A stretch of DNA of 64,000 nucleotides. Origin: Camelus ferus (taxonomy: Eukaryota). Of the stretch, positions 62,856 through 64,000 are shown piece by piece. The position numbers and the translations under genes are program-made. Within the stretch, counting starts at the first letter, position 1; each line of letters starts with the position of its first letter. The stretch is from NCBI RefSeq assembly GCF_009834535.1, contig NC_045696.1, forward strand, positions 67,706,001 to 67,770,000, in the 5' to 3' direction. The notes beneath the pieces are model-generated. The model made no database searches, had not been told where the DNA came from, and worked only from the letters and a program-made list of their open reading frames with translations.

Positions 62856-64000
62856 GAAACAGAGAGAAACCTGAGCGAAGCTAAGTCTCTGGAATGGAGA
62901 CTCGCCGGATTGAGAAACACAGGGTGTTTACTTGGAAGGGATGACAAAATCAGCTACTGGCATGTCCTCTGTGATCTTCCAAGTTTCCACGGGGCCTGGT
63001 TGTCTGGCTGCTGACATGGTTTTTGGACTTCTCTCCTTCTCTTTGCATCCTTACTATAAATTCTCATCATCTAATATCAACTGAGGTAACTTTAAGCACA
63101 TCTTGGCTTCCTGCAACCGGAAGGGACCTACAGACAACAAATCTGAGAAACAATTTCTTTATTTTAAAAGAACTTAGGCAAACACAATTCTGACCCATAT
63201 CATATGTTATGGTTTTAAAAATAACTAAGCCTTTTCATGATGAAAAAGAAAACAGAAGGATGGGGAAGGGACAGTTTATTTTGTGTCTCTGCTTGCAACA
63301 CATTATCTGTGATGTGGGAAATACCTGTGAGAACGCTTTTCTGCAAATCTATAATACCATGTAAGAGCTCCGTTCTCTTCCATACCCACATTCTCAGATT
63401 TTAGCCCCTATTAATTACCTTCCGAAGGAAGCAGTGAGAAAATGTGGAAAAAAACAGGATGGCTTGGGAGGCAGAACTGACTCTCTGGACATTCATATCA
63501 TACAATTGGTACAGAAAGTTTAATCATATTCTAAGTTTAATCACATTTTTTCAAGCTTGGTTATGCAAAATACGTACTTCTTAACAAAGAATAAGCTAAC
63601 GGTATTTTTTAGTGCATGGCACCATTTGCATTTTTAATTATGGTAGATATTTTTACTGCATTAAGTACCTTATTCGAGACGAATGAAGAATGTGACTGTT
63701 TTAAGTAAACAAAACTGTCACAAGAATACCCTGCTCTTCTTCCACGGAGAGCACCGCCTGTATCCAAACCACAGAGCCATGGAAAACCACCTCCCCAACA
63801 CTTACTCTCCTGGCCACAAGTGTCTGTTTAGAGAAGTGTCTAGATTGGTCTGAAAAACACATCCCTGAACAACTGAGTGGAAGCTTGGGTCTATGACATG
63901 AGCTAATCTGAGGATACTAACATTGGGACAGTGGTTGAAAGGGACTTCAGATAAACCTCAAAAAACAGCAATTCCAATTCTGGACATTTCATTCTGGATT

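Larger units (their letters stand above)
16892..64000 (-). other. LPP: LPP intron upstream of the exon (partial)
   Basis: Ends at the AG acceptor. I did not find the preceding LPP exon (SSLDAEIDSLTSIL-type NES region) in the window. Confidence 0.8.

Noticed and set aside
62790..63014. PolyQ-containing ORF
   Set aside because: Short (CAG)5 in a 74-aa ORF with a non-ATG start and no homology.
1..64000. A previously undescribed multi-gene system
   Set aside because: Apart from one LPP exon, the window is explained by intronic repeats and unique non-coding DNA. I saw no operon-like, viral-coding, retrogene or structured-RNA array signal.

Overview
This is 64 kb of AT-rich mammalian genomic DNA, most likely from a camelid (alpaca, llama or camel), because it carries two Vic-1-like tRNA(Ala)-derived SINEs and artiodactyl-type L1 3' ends. 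It lies inside the large LPP gene (LIM domain containing preferred translocation partner in lipoma), on the minus strand. Only one real coding exon is present: the large Pro/Gly/Tyr-rich pre-LIM exon at 16199-16891 (693 nt, 231 codons, phase 0/0). The rest is intron, filled with old repeats (L2, MIR, L1M, MLT1/MLT2/ERVL solo LTRs, MER58/MER20 hAT elements), a few younger lineage-specific insertions with target-site duplications, and microsatellites. The other listed ORFs are chance or repeat-derived. I see no evidence of a new multi-gene system. The best leads cluster at the exon: a possible intronic polyadenylation site giving a LIM-less LPP next to an antisense ERVL LTR, apparent loss of a reported Src-target tyrosine, and small in-frame insertions. 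A few motif-rich or CpG-rich intronic segments are candidate enhancers. Repeat family names and human/mouse comparisons come from memory and need database confirmation. Boundaries of old repeats are approximate.
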